Source: Phyllobates terribilis
Lineage: Eukaryota
DNA length: 64,000 nt
Assembly (NCBI RefSeq): GCF_046119375.1
Contig: NW_027362767.1
Coordinates: 379,750,001 to 379,814,000, forward strand
Direction: 5' to 3'
Shown: one piece after another, positions 11,261-24,239 of the stretch
Layout of the letters: every line of letters begins with the position of its first letter
Position numbering within the stretch: position 1 is the first letter of the stretch
Made by a program: the position numbers and the translations under genes
The notes under the pieces: model-generated
Database searches by the model: none
The model's input: only the letters and a program-made list of their open reading frames with translations
Told to the model about the DNA's origin: nothing

Positions 11261-12079
11261 CAATAAATAAAAAAAATCTTCAGGAGCACACTGCATTCCT
11301 GCCTTTCAACTTCCTACTTTTTGGAGGACAATGTGCAGATGGATAGAATGTGGCCGTCAACAGCGATCAAGCCAACTTCAGAGCAGTGCTTGCAATCTTT
11401 ATAGCATACAGCTTGCAAGAGTGCGCTCCTTGCTTAAAAAACTGGCCACCACTGATAGACTGCAGAGGTGGCCGATAACCTTTGGAAGAAGCTGTAAACT
11501 ATAGAATTAAAAATCCCTCTTTTCTAAAGCACGTGGTAAATTGCTTGCTTTTACAAGCACTTTGCACTTTAGCCCATTTACATGATTTTATGGCATTTAA
11601 TATTATATAGGTTTGACAGGTTCTCCTCCTGCTCTTGTTAGTGAAGCTTTCCTCACCGACTGCACAGCTTTCCAGTTCATACAATGACAGTTCTGGCACA
11701 TGCTCCTCTACCAGCAGCCATTGTATTGAGTGAAGAGCTGTGCAGTCTGTGACGAAAGCTGCACTAACAAGTGCAGGAGGAGAAGTAAGAAAAATAAATT
11801 GACCACAAAGGTGGACAACCCCTTTAATGCCCAGACATGTACAATGGGATTCATGTCAGGTTAATGACTAGTTTATGGATGCTTCCAGATTCTATTTTTT
11901 TGCCAGCCAATTTTGGGTCTGCCTGCCTTTTTTTTTTTTGCATGGTGTCAAGGAGCTCTATCTTCCATAAACAAGGAGGTAAAAAGATCCACTATCAAAT
12001 AGGCTATTGAGCAAAAACATCCACTATGCTCATGTAAGATGTGGGACTGAATACAAACAGTGGGACAACTAGATTTTAA

Positions 12080-12523
12080 AGAAGCACTCCTCCCATCAAC
12101 GTTTGTATGCTTTGGATATTCAAATCACCATATTTTATAGCACTGTGTACTTACAATTGCTCATTTTGCCTTTCTACCCAGTAAATTCTTCTCTTTTCTC
12201 TGCTCTATGTAGAAACAGGAAGTCTCTTTTCCCTGCATTTATCATTCTTCTCTTCAACTCCTGACCCAGCTGACCCCCTCCCCCACCCAAAAAAATTTGG
12301 AGTGATGACTCATGCAGGGAAAAATTGACCTCCTGGTTCTACATATACCTTAGAGGGATTCAGCTAGTCAGTTTTTAATCACGTGATTTCATAGACCTAA
12401 TGGAAAAGAGAAGAATTATCTGGGTAGAAAGACAAAATGAGCAATTGTAAGCACACAATGTTATATAATATGACGATTGCAATATATTAAGAGTGTAAAA
12501 ACTTTGATGGGAGGAGTACTTAT
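12080..12523. mobile_element. TTAA-flanked MITE (T2/Kolobok-type)
   Basis: TTAA at 12076-12079 and 12524-12527. TIRs AGAAGCACTCCTCCCATCAA and TTGATGGGAGGAGTACTTAT, plus additional internal inverted repeats. Confidence 0.7.
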
Positions 12524-14834
12524 TTAATGTATATATTTGGCATTTGTATCAAGTGGGTAGCTCGCACTACGCCAGTCTTGACAGAGTACACCGCACCGAA
12601 TTCATTAAGGGACGCACGTCACAGAGTGGAGTGTGCCCCCATGCGCTACTCCAGTATGAACTCGAGTAGCATCTCTTGTTTATAAAACGCTGGCACATTT
12701 GGTGAATTCTTTTAGGGATGTGGTCATGCCCCATTACGTTCCTCCCCAGCTCCACCCATTGCAGCAGAGATGATCCAAAGTGGCGCCAAAGTCCAAAAAT
12801 TTGTTACGCCATTTGTTTGCGCCATTTCAATGCTTTTACTCTACTTTCGTAGCATAAAAGCCTTAATGAATCGTTCCCTATGTCTGAAAATTAGGATGTC
12901 TATTTCCTATTTCATGGGATGCATCTTCATTTTTTATGTATTATGTGACCATTTTATGAGTAACAAGATATGACTGATTTCTTCTACCTTTCTGTTTTCT
13001 CTGGTGGATCCTAAGTTAAGCAATTGTAAAAAAAAATGTCTTGTCGTTTACAAACGTGACATCCTTTAAATATCCTTTAATTATGCATAAACTGTTCTTA
13101 AAAGGGTGGGACTGTGTCAGCCTGAGCGCTTTAACTATATATGACTGTCACATAAGAGATGAAACGGTATAATTAGTGTATGAGCATGGCGGATTAATGA
13201 ACATGTAAACCAGCTTTACAGGTAACACTGAAGACCGCTCAAGACAGTAGAGGATTGAAGTATTTTGGATGAAGTTACTATTACTGTGGGAGAACTAATG
13301 ACTAATATAATCCTGTTGTTTTTTTTACGGTTTACACAACCTTTTTAATAGGATAGAAAAAAATAAAGTTCCAACATTTTTCTTCTTACCCAAATAAAAC
13401 AGTCTTATGGAGAGCAGTTGCAAAGATCACCTCTTTCTCTGAAGGAACTTACCTTAGTAGAACCACTATGCAGTAATCAGTTTACGCAAGCTAGACTAGT
13501 GTCCGAAATATATGGAACCTCCAAATTTTTCACTCTTAAGATCCCCATACACATTAGACTAAAGTTGTCTGAACTCACCGATATCGATAGGTTCAGTGGT
13601 CTAATGTGTGTGGGGGCACCGTCTGAGAGAGATATCAATTGTACATGTCCGTGTGAGTCGGCGGCTTCCTAATAGAGAACACAGCAGTGCTCAACTGAGT
13701 GCTCAACCAAGTGCTCCGGTGTCAAGTTGACAGAGATGGCTTTCGGCCAACAGCCATCTAATGTGTATGGCCAGATTTAACCTCTCCAAGGAGGTATGAG
13801 CTTTTCAAGTCAGATCCCCAGAATAGTCACTGTTTGCTGGTGGGTCTACTTTGTAAACTTTAGTGCAGTCAAGAACAAGCCAAGGGTCCAACATGATGCA
13901 ACTGGCCAAAGGATGAGTTGAAGACAAAGTGGGTGAACGAGGGGAAACCAGGTGTAGAGTTACAGCTACTAAGCAACAAATCCAAAGAGGCCAGATAGTA
14001 GAAGAATCCAATAATATAGGTCAAGGTCACGAACAATGCAGTTAAAAACAGAAGTACCTTCATTTGTTGGCAAGAGACAGACTTTTAGTAGACTACCAGG
14101 CTGGACACCATCGACGGGTGACATTTGCAATGTCAACCCTATGCTGCAAGTGGCAGAGAGCAGACAGCCATGGTTTTTGGGTCATTGGTTTGAAACCTTC
14201 CAAAAGTATCTTTGTGCGGAATCACTGATTCAGCCGGCAGATTCAATTCAGTCTAAATAAAATTTGGCCAGCATCTAATCTGCCCAAAAATGACATCTCT
14301 CATCCCCTAAAGTCTCTCCAGACCCCAAAGAATAATAAAAGGAGGAATGGGAAGGGATTAAAAAAATATAAAAGGTTAAACTCGCCCATCATCTGTCCAG
14401 CCCCCGTAGCTCCTCGTTCTCCGGATCGGTCTTTTCTTCAGTCCGGATCTTCTAACGTTGACTATGCCTCATAAGAGATGCAATAAACTTCATGACTTGC
14501 ATCACACTTCATGTAACTGCTTGGGGTGATGCACGATGGAATATCCATACTCGGACCAAAGAAAAGACCGATCCAAAGCGAGTGAAGAACCTCGTGAGGA
14601 CAGGTAAGGGGTGAGGCCTAAAATAGGACGAGTATAATATTTTATTATTTTTTTAGCCAATACCTGGCCCAATGCAGAATCCAATAAAAGTTTGAATTCT
14701 GGAAAATCTGAACTTTTTGGAAAATTCATAATGAATTTGATTTGATACAAATCAAGTCTCTCATTTCTATTACACCGGTGGCTGAAGGCAGGAGAGCATT
14801 GTCCGCTAGTGGAGACCCCTTGCTCTAGTAGATA

Positions 14835-16404
14835 CAGTCATGGCCAAAAGTTTTGAGAACGACACCAAAATTATATTTTCACGTGATCTGCTGGCCTCTG
14901 GTTTTAATTAGTGTTTGTCTGATGTTTATATCACATACAGAAATATAATTGCAATCATATTATGAGTACCAATAGGTTATATTGACAGTTAGAATGAGTT
15001 AATGCAGCAAGTCAATATTTGCAGTGTTGCCCCTTCTTCTTCAAGATCTCTGTAATTCTCCCTGGCATGCTCTCAATCAACTTTTGGACCAAATCCTGAC
15101 TGATAGCAGTCCATTCTTGCATAATCAATGCTTGCATTTTGCCAGAATTTGTTGGTTTTTGTTTGTCCACCCATCTCTTGATGATTGACCACAAGTTCTC
15201 AATGGGATTAAGATCTGTGGAGTTTCCAGGCCATGGACCCAAAATCTCTATGTTTTGTTCCATGAGCCATTTAGTTATCACCTTTGCTTTATGGCAAGGT
15301 GCTCCATCATGCTGGAAAAGGCATTGTTGGGCGCCAAACTGCTCTTGGACGGTTGGGAGAAGTTGCTCTTGGAGGACATTCTGGTACCATTCTTTATTCA
15401 TGGCTGTGTTTTTAGGCAAGGCTGTGAGTGAGCCGATTCCCTTGGCTGAGAAGCAACCCCACACATGAATGGTTTCAGGATGCTTTACAGTTGGCATGAG
15501 ACAAGACTGGTGGTAGTGCTCACCTCTTCTTCTCCGAATAAGCTGTTTTCCAGATGTCCCAAACAATCGAAAAGGGGATTCATCAGAGAAAATGACTTTG
15601 CCCCAGTCCTCAGTAGTCCACTCCCTGTACCTTTTGCAGAATATCAGTCGGTCCCTGATGTTTTTTCTGGAGAGAAGTGGCTTCTTTGCTGCCCTCCTTG
15701 AAACCAACCCTTGCTCAAAGTGTCTCCGCCTCACAGTGCGTGCAGAAGCACTCACACCAGCCTGCTGCCATTCCTGAGCAAGCTCGGCACTGCTGGTAGT
15801 CCGATCCCGCAGCTGAAACAGTTTTAAGATACGGTCCTGGCACTTGCTGGTCTTTCTTGGGCGCCCTGGAGACTTTTTGACAACAATGGAAGCTCTCTCC
15901 TTGAAGTTCTTGATGATGCGATAGATTGTTGACTGAGGTGCAATCTTTGTAGCTGCGATACTCTTCCCTGTTAGGCCATTTTTGTGCAGTGCAATGATGG
16001 CTGCACGTATTTCTTTAGAGATAACCATGGTTAACTGAAGAGAAACAATGATACCAAGAACCAGACTCCTTTTAAAGTGTCCAGTGATGTCATTCTTACT
16101 TAATCATGACTGATTGATCGCCAGCCCTGTCCTCATCAACACCCACACCTGTGTTAATGGATCAATCACTAAAATGATGTTAGCTGCTCCTTTTAAGGCA
16201 GGACTGCAATGATGTTGAAATGTGTTTTGGGGGTTAAAGTTCATTTTCTGGGCAAATATTGACTTTGCAAGTACAGTAATTGCTGTTAAGCTGATCACTC
16301 TTTGACATTCAGGAGTATATGCAAATTGCCATTACAAAAAATGAAGCAGTAAACTTTGGAAAAATTACTATTTGTCTCATTCTCAATACTTTTGGCCATG
16401 ACTG
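14835..16404 (-). mobile_element. Full-length Tc1/mariner element of the DD35E (Traveler) type
   Basis: TA|CAGTCATGGCCAAAAGT...TACTTTTGGCCATGACTG|TA, 1570 bp, containing an uninterrupted transposase ORF. Confidence 0.92.
15012..16028 (-). CDS. Tc1-family transposase, 338 aa, DD35E triad
   Basis: Paired-like HTH N-terminus, GRPRK, FSDES, FQHDGAPCH and DLNPIENLW. 35 residues counted between the second Asp and the Glu. Confidence 0.92.
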   Translation of the reverse strand: MVISKEIRAAIIALHKNGLTGKSIAATKIAPQSTIYRIIKNFKERASIVVKKSPGRPRKTSKCQDRILKLFQLRDRTTSSAELAQEWQQAGVSASARTVRRRHFEQGLVSRRAAKKPLLSRKNIRDRLIFCKRYREWTTEDWGKVIFSDESPFRLFGTSGKQLIRRRRGEHYHQSCLMPTVKHPETIHVWGCFSAKGIGSLTALPKNTAMNKEWYQNVLQEQLLPTVQEQFGAQQCLFQHDGAPCHKAKVITKWLMEQNIEILGPWPGNSTDLNPIENLWSIIKRWVDKQKPTNSGKMQALIMQEWTAISQDLVQKLIESMPGRITEILKKKGQHCKY

Positions 16405-17086
16405 TAGAGGTAAATAACACCTGTCCTGTGTTACAAACACAACTCAGTAATGTGATGGCGCAACAAGAACCAATGGGATACTCTATTCTGATGGGGCATT
16501 GTGGTAGGTACCTCACTCCTGGGACCCCTGATTATTTTTTGGAAGACCTCTTTAATCCAGTTTTCATATTCAGATATAGTGACACACGAGACCAAAATGA
16601 ACAAACCTCTTGGAGACTTCTTTGTATATGCTATATATATGAGGCTTGTCCATCTATAGAGTACAGATGTTCTCGGTGACAAACACTATAATCATCTTAT
16701 TTTTAATATTCCAGACAGTTCTCAAGTACAGGACTGGGAGGGATGTGGGTGTTCACACAGTGACTAACATACAAAAATGACAGTAACTGAATATAGAAAA
16801 ATAACATCAACCTGTCATTTTAATAATTGGAACAAGTTACTGAAAAATAATCTTCCTAGTCAAATCCACAGATCTTGGGCTTATAAATCTCTGGTTTCTG
16901 CCCGGCACTTATCACCGACATGAACGAGACCAGTCATCCCATTAATGTGTATGTCACTTATGGAGTCTTTCCTCTATAAATCCTCAACCAAAATCCAAAA
17001 GAAAAGCAGCAGAAGAATCTTTGTTTTTATCCTGATTTTTGATATCAAGAGCTGGATGTATAATGTACTTTGTATCTGGTGCAAAT

Positions 17087-17283
17087 ATGCCATTACTTAT
17101 ATTATTACATCTTCTATTCTTTATTCTGAAAGCATCGGGTATTGCAGAAAATAATATGGTAGCACATGGGTTATACCATCCCGGAGAAATGATCATCGGT
17201 GTCATTATATCAGTTAATGGGTTGATGCATAATGATCAAAAGCTGACATTCAGAATAAATCCAAGAAATGGAAATTCGCTATT
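17087..17283 (+). CDS. Vomeronasal type-2 receptor (class C GPCR), exon 1
   Basis: Signal-peptide-like MPLLILLHLLFFILKASG and the V2R motif GLYHPGEMIIG. Donor GTAAGT; phase 2 matches exon 2. Confidence 0.75.
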
Positions 17284-18899
17284 GTAAGTAGCGACAATAG
17301 ATCCATTGTGTCTTATTCTCTAAGTCTTCTGTAATAATCGAGTTAGAATTTCAGTGGATTGTAATGACTTTCAATTATCAAACTTTTGTCACTGGCAATG
17401 GCTTATGTATTAACCCCTTATAGATGCAGCCAATTTTCGTTTTGGCGTTGTCATTTTTTTTCCTCCTCCACATAGTCGTATGAGGGATTGTTTTATTTGC
17501 CGGATGAGTTGTAGTTTTTAATGTCCCCATTCAATTCGCCGCACAATGTACTGGAAAATGTGAAAAAATTGTAAGTGAGGTGAAATGGTGATAAAAAATT
17601 TTTGCAACTTTTTTTTTTAGGTTTTGTTTTTATAACATTTATTGAGCAGCAAAAATGACCTGACAGCATTATTCTCCAGGTCAGTACGATTACGGCGATA
17701 CCAAATAGGCTTTTATTTTTAAATATTTTAGTAGCTTAAAAAATTCTGAACCTTGTAGGAAAAAAATTTGGTTTGTTTCGCCATTTTCCGAGACTCATAA
17801 CTTTTTTAATCTTCTATTGATGAACCTGTATGATGGCTTGTTTCGTCTGTAGTTTTTAATAGTATTATTTTGGAGTACACACAATATCTTGATCGCTTTT
17901 CATTGTATTTTTTTTGTGGAGAAGCGGTGACTAAAAAAAGCCAATTTGAGGGTATGGATTTTTGTTTAATGATGTTTACTATATTGGTTAAGTAATTTTA
18001 GATTTTCATAGATTGGATTTTGACGTAAAGGGCAATACCAAATATACTTTTTTATTTTTTTTTACCTGGGGAACAGCGGGGTTATTTAATCTTTTTAGCC
18101 TTTGTTTATTTTTAAACATTTTATAACTTTTTAGTTTTTATTAGCATATTGGGACCTAGGACTGTGGGTATACACCCTGTCACTAAAAGGTGCGACACAA
18201 GGTGAATAAAAGGGTCATCTCTGCTTGTTGGGATATGCCCTCTTCCCAGACATGAGGCAGCTCAGTTTTAGCCTAGTGTCCATAGGAAGCAGACATGACC
18301 AGGTCTCTTCCCCTTTTTTTTCCTTTTCATTTTTAGTTTTCCTGTATTTTATGTCCTCCACTTTATATTTACTATCTCAGGGAGCACACACCATGCACTC
18401 CATAGTAGTTTACTTCTTTGCGGACATCATTTCGTCACAGGTCACCAGGCCTCCAGACTGCTGTCTCTGCAGAGTACCAATGTCCCCAGGCTAAATGCAA
18501 GACCATCAAAGGGTTAACCCTGCGGGTATCTGAAGACATTGGATAGGTCGGTATAGTTTCCCTGTCTCCTATGGGTTCAGGTTAGGGTCTTCTTCTCCTC
18601 TTTATTCCTCCTGGGCCATCTTCCCACCTCCCCTAGGCCATTCTTCCCGCTGGATTTCTGTTTTACAGTCCCTTTAACTGTTTTTGTAGCACTTTTATAC
18701 CGCTTTCCTGCAGCTATCTTTTGGGCCAAGGGCCCCTCTTCTCTCCCCGAACAACGGGGCCTTTTTTTTAAACTTCTGGACTGCCTCCTATGACTACTGT
18801 GTTGGGGGTGTCTTGCTCCCTGTTAGCCTAACTAATTGAAGCCCAAGCTTTACTTGGGGCTAGACCGCAAACTTTGTTTCACCCTTAGGGTGGCCTAGT

Positions 18900-19630
18900 A
18901 TCTTATTTGAACTCCCGTCTGTCTCAGGAGGTCAGAGCGTGGGCTTTATTATCTCCTTAAACACTTTTTGTGCTATTTTCTTGGGGAGGGGCCTTTTTTC
19001 CCAGATATTCTTCTTAGACTCCAGGCTGTATCTGCATTTGAGCAGGTACCTTTTCTGCCTTTTTCTATCGGTCTCTGCCTTCTTTCTCTCCACAAGTGTC
19101 AAGAAGCATCCATATGGATGTTCATTTGTAAGGCTTCCCTTTTGTAAGCACAATTTGAAACTCACACTGCAGCCAATTCTACTGTTCACTGCTTCTCTTG
19201 GCTCAGATCCTGGTCCAATGATTCATCATCCAAAACGACCCTTACTTGGCTGCCCATCACAGGCTTTTTGGGCAGCACCTAGATGACATAACCAAGGAAG
19301 CTACCCAGGGTAAGTTTGCTCTTTTCCCCAGAATCATAAAAGCTCTTTTAGCCATCTAGGTGCTCCCAGAGGTTTTACTCTATTTACAATTCCTTTTCCA
19401 ACAGAGTTGACAAGAAGTCCTCTCAACCGTCCAACCCCAGACAGCCATTGTTCAAGCCTAAACCTTCCTGGTAAGGAATAGAGTTTGTCCTTGTGCTCTG
19501 TGTCAGCATATGGACATTTTAGAGAGATTGTCTCATCACTCGAGGCCCTCAACAATCTTTCAGAGCCATGGCCGCTGTTGGTGGACACCTGCCCACCTAT
19601 CTTGACACAAGCACAACATATGTGAATGAT
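18900..19630 (+). mobile_element. Degenerate DIRS-type retroelement remnant (end of gag-like ORF, start of RT ORF) in V2R intron 1
   Basis: Pieces translate as LFGQHLDDITKEATQGK, FKPKPSW and VGGHLPTY, resembling DIRS LFGxxLDxIIxxATGGK, PKPSW and VGGRL motifs. Frames are broken. Confidence 0.5.
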
Positions 19631-19680
19631 CTTTTAAACATTCCCTCTGCTGATTTTTCTCACCGTCTCTCTTTATTTAG

Positions 19681-19972
19681 TGTCTACCAGGAAAAATACC
19701 AGGCAGCTCTCACAGTTCTATTCGCCATTGAAGAAATTAATAGGAATGATGATCTTCTACCAAATATCAGTTTGGGATTTCACCTATTTGAATCCTTCAT
19801 GAATGAAGCTAAAACGCTGGAAGCTTATATGAAAATACTAAGTGGATGGGGCTTCCAAATTCCTAATTATAAGTGTATGAGCCAAGCACATCTCATAGCT
19901 GTGGTGGGGTTCGCATCCTCAGTTCTTTCACTTCTGGTAGCAAATACATTTGGCATTTATGGTTACCCACAG
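19681..19972 (+). CDS. V2R exon 2
   Basis: Acceptor TTTATTTAG and donor CAG|GTAGGT. Encodes FAIEEINRNDDLLPNISLGF...IPNYKC...GYPQ. Confidence 0.92.
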
Positions 19973-20189
19973 GTAGGTGTCTTTATGATGTCCCTCTGTG
20001 ATTTAATAGGTTCCTGTGCGGAGAAGTCCCTCTATGATTGCCAGGGTGCATGCATAGGACAAAGCATACATCATCCTAGTAAGGCACCATATCCTTCTCA
20101 AGAAGCAATAGCATAGTATGAATTAGTTTGGAGTATTCCCGGATGTAAACTTCCAATGGGAGGTGTCAATGTGTGCCACTACATAGCCA

Positions 20190-20752
20190 CATGAATTCAA
20201 ACAAGAAAAAATAGAGTCATTACTACTTCAGTTTTATATCAAACAACAATATCAATTTTATTAATGAAAAAGGAGACACACGTGATAAAAACATATAAGA
20301 TGGGTGTAACACCCAAAATGCAAAAAAGAGAAAATTCCCTTATATATACACACAAGGTAGATCAAGAGAGCCCAAACAGAACAGGGTTAGACAGCAAGGG
20401 TTAATGGGGTCCCAGGAGTCCGGCATTCACATGAGTGTAACACCAGTGTGACCAAATCACATGAATCCCCACAGAGTAGCAGTAGAAGATTCGAAACGTG
20501 CGTTGGGGCATCAGGGAGCGATGTGCAGGTGTGATGGGTAAGTGCCTTTCCCATTATTAGAATGCTCACTATTGAATTCCCAGCTACTGAAATTTATTTC
20601 ACTACTTGTGTGCCCATCCTCATGTGATCTCCACCCTTATGTCATGTGCTGGTTCTCTTTAGTTTACTCAGTACATGCACTCATGCTGAACTGAGATCCA
20701 GCACTGCTACTCTATGGGGATTCATGTGATTTGGTCACACTGGTGTTACACT
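20190..20752. mobile_element. Probable Penelope-like remnant with inverted 50-bp arms (20434-20483 and 20703-20752)
   Basis: The inverted repeat is seen directly. CGAAACGTGCGTTGGG at 20492-20507 resembles the 3' half of a minimal hammerhead ribozyme. Family assignment is inference. Confidence 0.4.
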
Positions 20753-20974
20753 GGCATAGGCTTTATCCCCTCTATTGAAAACGATGGAGTCGGAAAAGGT
20801 ACCTGTTGCCAGAATGAGGATTTGGCCAACAGCTATCTAGTGTATGGTCAACTCAATGATCATGTTGTTACAAAATGGAAGCACCTGAATTTTAAACTTT
20901 ATAGTAAGTTCCTATCAGATTTAATCATGGATGCCATGCTTGATGACAAATAAGAGAGTCCTTTTGCATTACAG

Positions 20975-21778
20975 ATCAGCTATGGGGCCACAGACCCTCT
21001 TCTAAGTAATAAGTTGATATTTCCGTACTTCTACCGCACTGTTCCCAGCTCTGTCCATCTACACAATGCATTGAATTCAGTGCTGAAGCATTTTGGTTGG
21101 ACCTGGGTTGGAATCGTTTATTCCAAGGTTGAAAGCAATGAAAATGCAATCCAAAAGTTAAAATCTTCCATTATAACAGAAGGGGGTTGTATTGAGTTCA
21201 CAGAAAAGTTCCACGCCTCCACTAACTACTGGGTCACTGAGCACATACGAATGGACAAAGTAATTTCTAAGTCCTCAGCAACCATAATTGTCTTTTGGGC
21301 TGACCTGGAATTTACATATAATTTATATTTATTACTACATAATTTAACAACGACAGAGAAAGTCTGGATTTTTCTTACAGATATGTACCATCTCCTGATC
21401 CCAACCATAGACAACTTGGACCTCAGTCCTTTCCATGGAACCTTGGCAATTCAGATGAAAACACTGGAGATTCCCGGACTCATGCCTTTCCTTTGGAACA
21501 TCACATTGGACCAATACACCCTCTGCAATTTTATTTTAGTCTACAAGATCATCTTATATGAATGTAAACTAGTCGATGGCAAAGTTCTCTATCAGACGTG
21601 CAAACACGACAAGGCAAAGAAGAAACTTCTGATGGGTGTAGAGACCCTGGTGGAGACTTATCGAGTATATAATGCCATATATGCCTTGGCTCATGCCCTT
21701 CATATGTTTATGGCATCCAAGTATTGGAAGGAATCGCAGACAGAGGGTGCGTCTCTGTCTTATGGACATCCATGGAAG
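20975..21778 (+). CDS. V2R exon 3
   Basis: Acceptor TACAG. Encodes ISYGATDPLLSNKLIFPYFYRTVP...HFGWTWVGI...VYNAIYALAHALH...HPWK. 804 bp, phase 0/0, no stops. Confidence 0.93.
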
Positions 21779-22268
21779 GTGACTTGAGTGACAAGATTTC
21801 TCTTTGTATATCATAGCAAGTAGCAATTACATTTTTAAGTTACAATCCATATTTTAAAAATATTGTTTTTAGACTCAAAATTTGCACTAATCAATATCCT
21901 AATATATTTGTTAAAGGGTTTAGAGCTCTGTTTTTGTAATACACCGCTCCAGCTGGCAGGGACCTGCCACTTGATTTGATGTCCCTAAATAACTACCATA
22001 GCGTAATACATAATAATACTAGGGGAACAGCTTTATAAAGATACCCCTGTAGAAATGGTCTTTTTAGCATTATCTATAAAGAGAACTTATATTGTTGCAT
22101 CTACATCTCACCGCGTTGTGCAGGCTCGGGAAGTGCAACACAACCATAGACTTGGAGGAAGCAGGTAATAAAGTTGAGTTGCAAGGTGAGAGGAGGAGGG
22201 TGGCAGTGAAACTTGGAAGGTAGGGTTTAAAGAATAGACCGCATTACTCCTCAGGATATTATTAGTGT

Positions 22269-22952
22269 CCCATGACTCTTCAGGATAGCAGCACCACCCC
22301 ATGACTCTTCAGGATAGCAGCACCACCCCATGACTCTTCAGGATAGCAGCACCACCCCATGACTCTTCAGGATAGCAGCACCACCCTATGACTCTTCAGG
22401 ATAGCAGCACAGCCCCATGACTCTTCAGGATAGCAGCACCGCCCCATGACTCTTCAGGATAGCAGTACCGCCCTCATGACTCTTCAGGATAGTAGCACTA
22501 CCCAATGACACTTCAGAATAGTAGCACCACTCCATGGCTCATCAGGATAACAGCACCGTCCCATGACTGTTCAGGATAGTTGCACCACTTCATGATTGTT
22601 CAGGATAGTAGCACCCCCCAAGACTCTTCAGGATAGCAGCATGACCCCCATGATGCTTCAGGATAGTAGCACTACTCAATGACACTTCAGAGTAGTAGCA
22701 CTACTCCATGACTCTTCAGGATAGCAGTTATGCCCCATGACTGATTAGGATAGCAGCACTACCCCATGATTGATTAGGATAGCAGTACTATCCCATGACT
22801 GTTTAGGATAGCAGCACCACCCCATGACTCTTCAGGATAGCAGCATGACCCCCATGACTGTTCAGGATAGTAGCACTACCCAATGACACTTTTAGAATAG
22901 TAGCACTACTCCATGACTGCTCAGGATAGCAGCACCACCCCATGACTCTTCA
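22269..22952. repeat. 29-bp minisatellite in V2R intron 3
   Basis: Unit CCCCATGACTCTTCAGGATAGCAGCACCA, about 23 copies, with divergence increasing rightward. Confidence 0.9.
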
Positions 22953-23183
22953 AAAGTAATTAGTATGTCATGCAAATTTAGAAGTTCATCCACTTTCAGA
23001 TGAAGGATACTTTGCAGAACGGTCATCAGATATGGTGCAGTTCCTGGTATAAGGCATATTTAATCTGTGGGTGATTACCAATGTACATTTTACTGAACTT
23101 AGATCTCAGGAATGTTTACTGGTACTTAGTAGAAATTGTGATGTTTATGCTCTCTATTATCCTGTATATGTTTCTTCTTACAG

Positions 23184-23405
23184 CTTCATCAATTTCTCAG
23201 AAGAGTACACTTTACTAATAGCGCTGGAGAGGACATATACTTTGATGAACATGGAGATACTGCTCCTATGTATGATCTGATTAATTGGGTGACTGGCCGT
23301 AAGGAAAAACTTAGCAGTGTCAGAGTTGGAAACATCACATCTTGCCATGGGGAAGACTTGTCTGTTAATGTATCAGCCATTGTATGGGCTGATCATCTCG
23401 CTCAG
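23184..23405 (+). CDS. V2R exon 4
   Basis: Acceptor CTTACAG. Encodes LHQFLRRVHFTNSAGEDIYFDEHGD...YDLINW...IVW. 222 bp, donor GTAGAC. Confidence 0.9.
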
Positions 23406-24239
23406 GTAGACATCTTGTTTATTTGTGCTTGAAGACAGTAGGAAGAGCATAGTGCAGGATAAGCTTTCTCTTAGAAGTGTGAATGAGAAAAGGCTGGCCA
23501 CTGGTATAGCTTCTCTACAGTCACAAGCAAGATCAGGTGAAGTTACTACGTAATCTAGTTTTATAGGGTTTAATGCATATATATTATGCAATAAAGAGAT
23601 GGAATATACTCATACTACAGTATGACTGACTATCTCGGGGATTAGAAGAATCAGAAAAATCAGCACCGAATGTTGGACTTAAAATCAGCATGGAGGGCAC
23701 GGATTTTATGGGCTTTTTCTCTACGGCTGTTTTGATAAATAAGGGCCATTTTGTAATACCCAAGCAAAAGGATGGCGTTAGGATACCACTTTTGTTCAAC
23801 TTGGCTGCTATAAAAAAAAGCTGTACTGCTGTAGCCACGAAAAGCATAGTAACATCACTATTGTGGTCAGGGACTTACATAGAAATCACGAGGCTCCTTC
23901 ACCCCTGTGATGAAATGGCAGCAGGGAGACCCTGCAGAACTTCGCCGCTGTCACCACTTGATGAAATGGCAACAGGGAGACCCCGCAGAATCTCGCTGTT
24001 GCCGCCACTTGTGATGGATCCACACCCCATCACCCACCTGAAGTCACAATTACGTCAGACGGAGCACGTGGTACGGGTCTGCCCTCTGCACCTATGTGAC
24101 GTTCCACACCCCCCTCGAGGATGTGTAAGGTCAGATTGCTACCGTTCTGCACAGACATCCCCTGTCCACACGGGTACAGGAAGACACCAGGGAGTGAGAA
24201 GAGGAGGCCCAGTCAGTCACTGATGTGGCACCACACTCA

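Noticed and set aside
17414-18170. TTAA-CCCCTT piggyBac-like terminus (a similar end AAGGGA-TTAA at ~52249) and many other short MITE-like fragments
   Set aside because: Matching second ends and TSDs could not be established, so they were not delineated as features.
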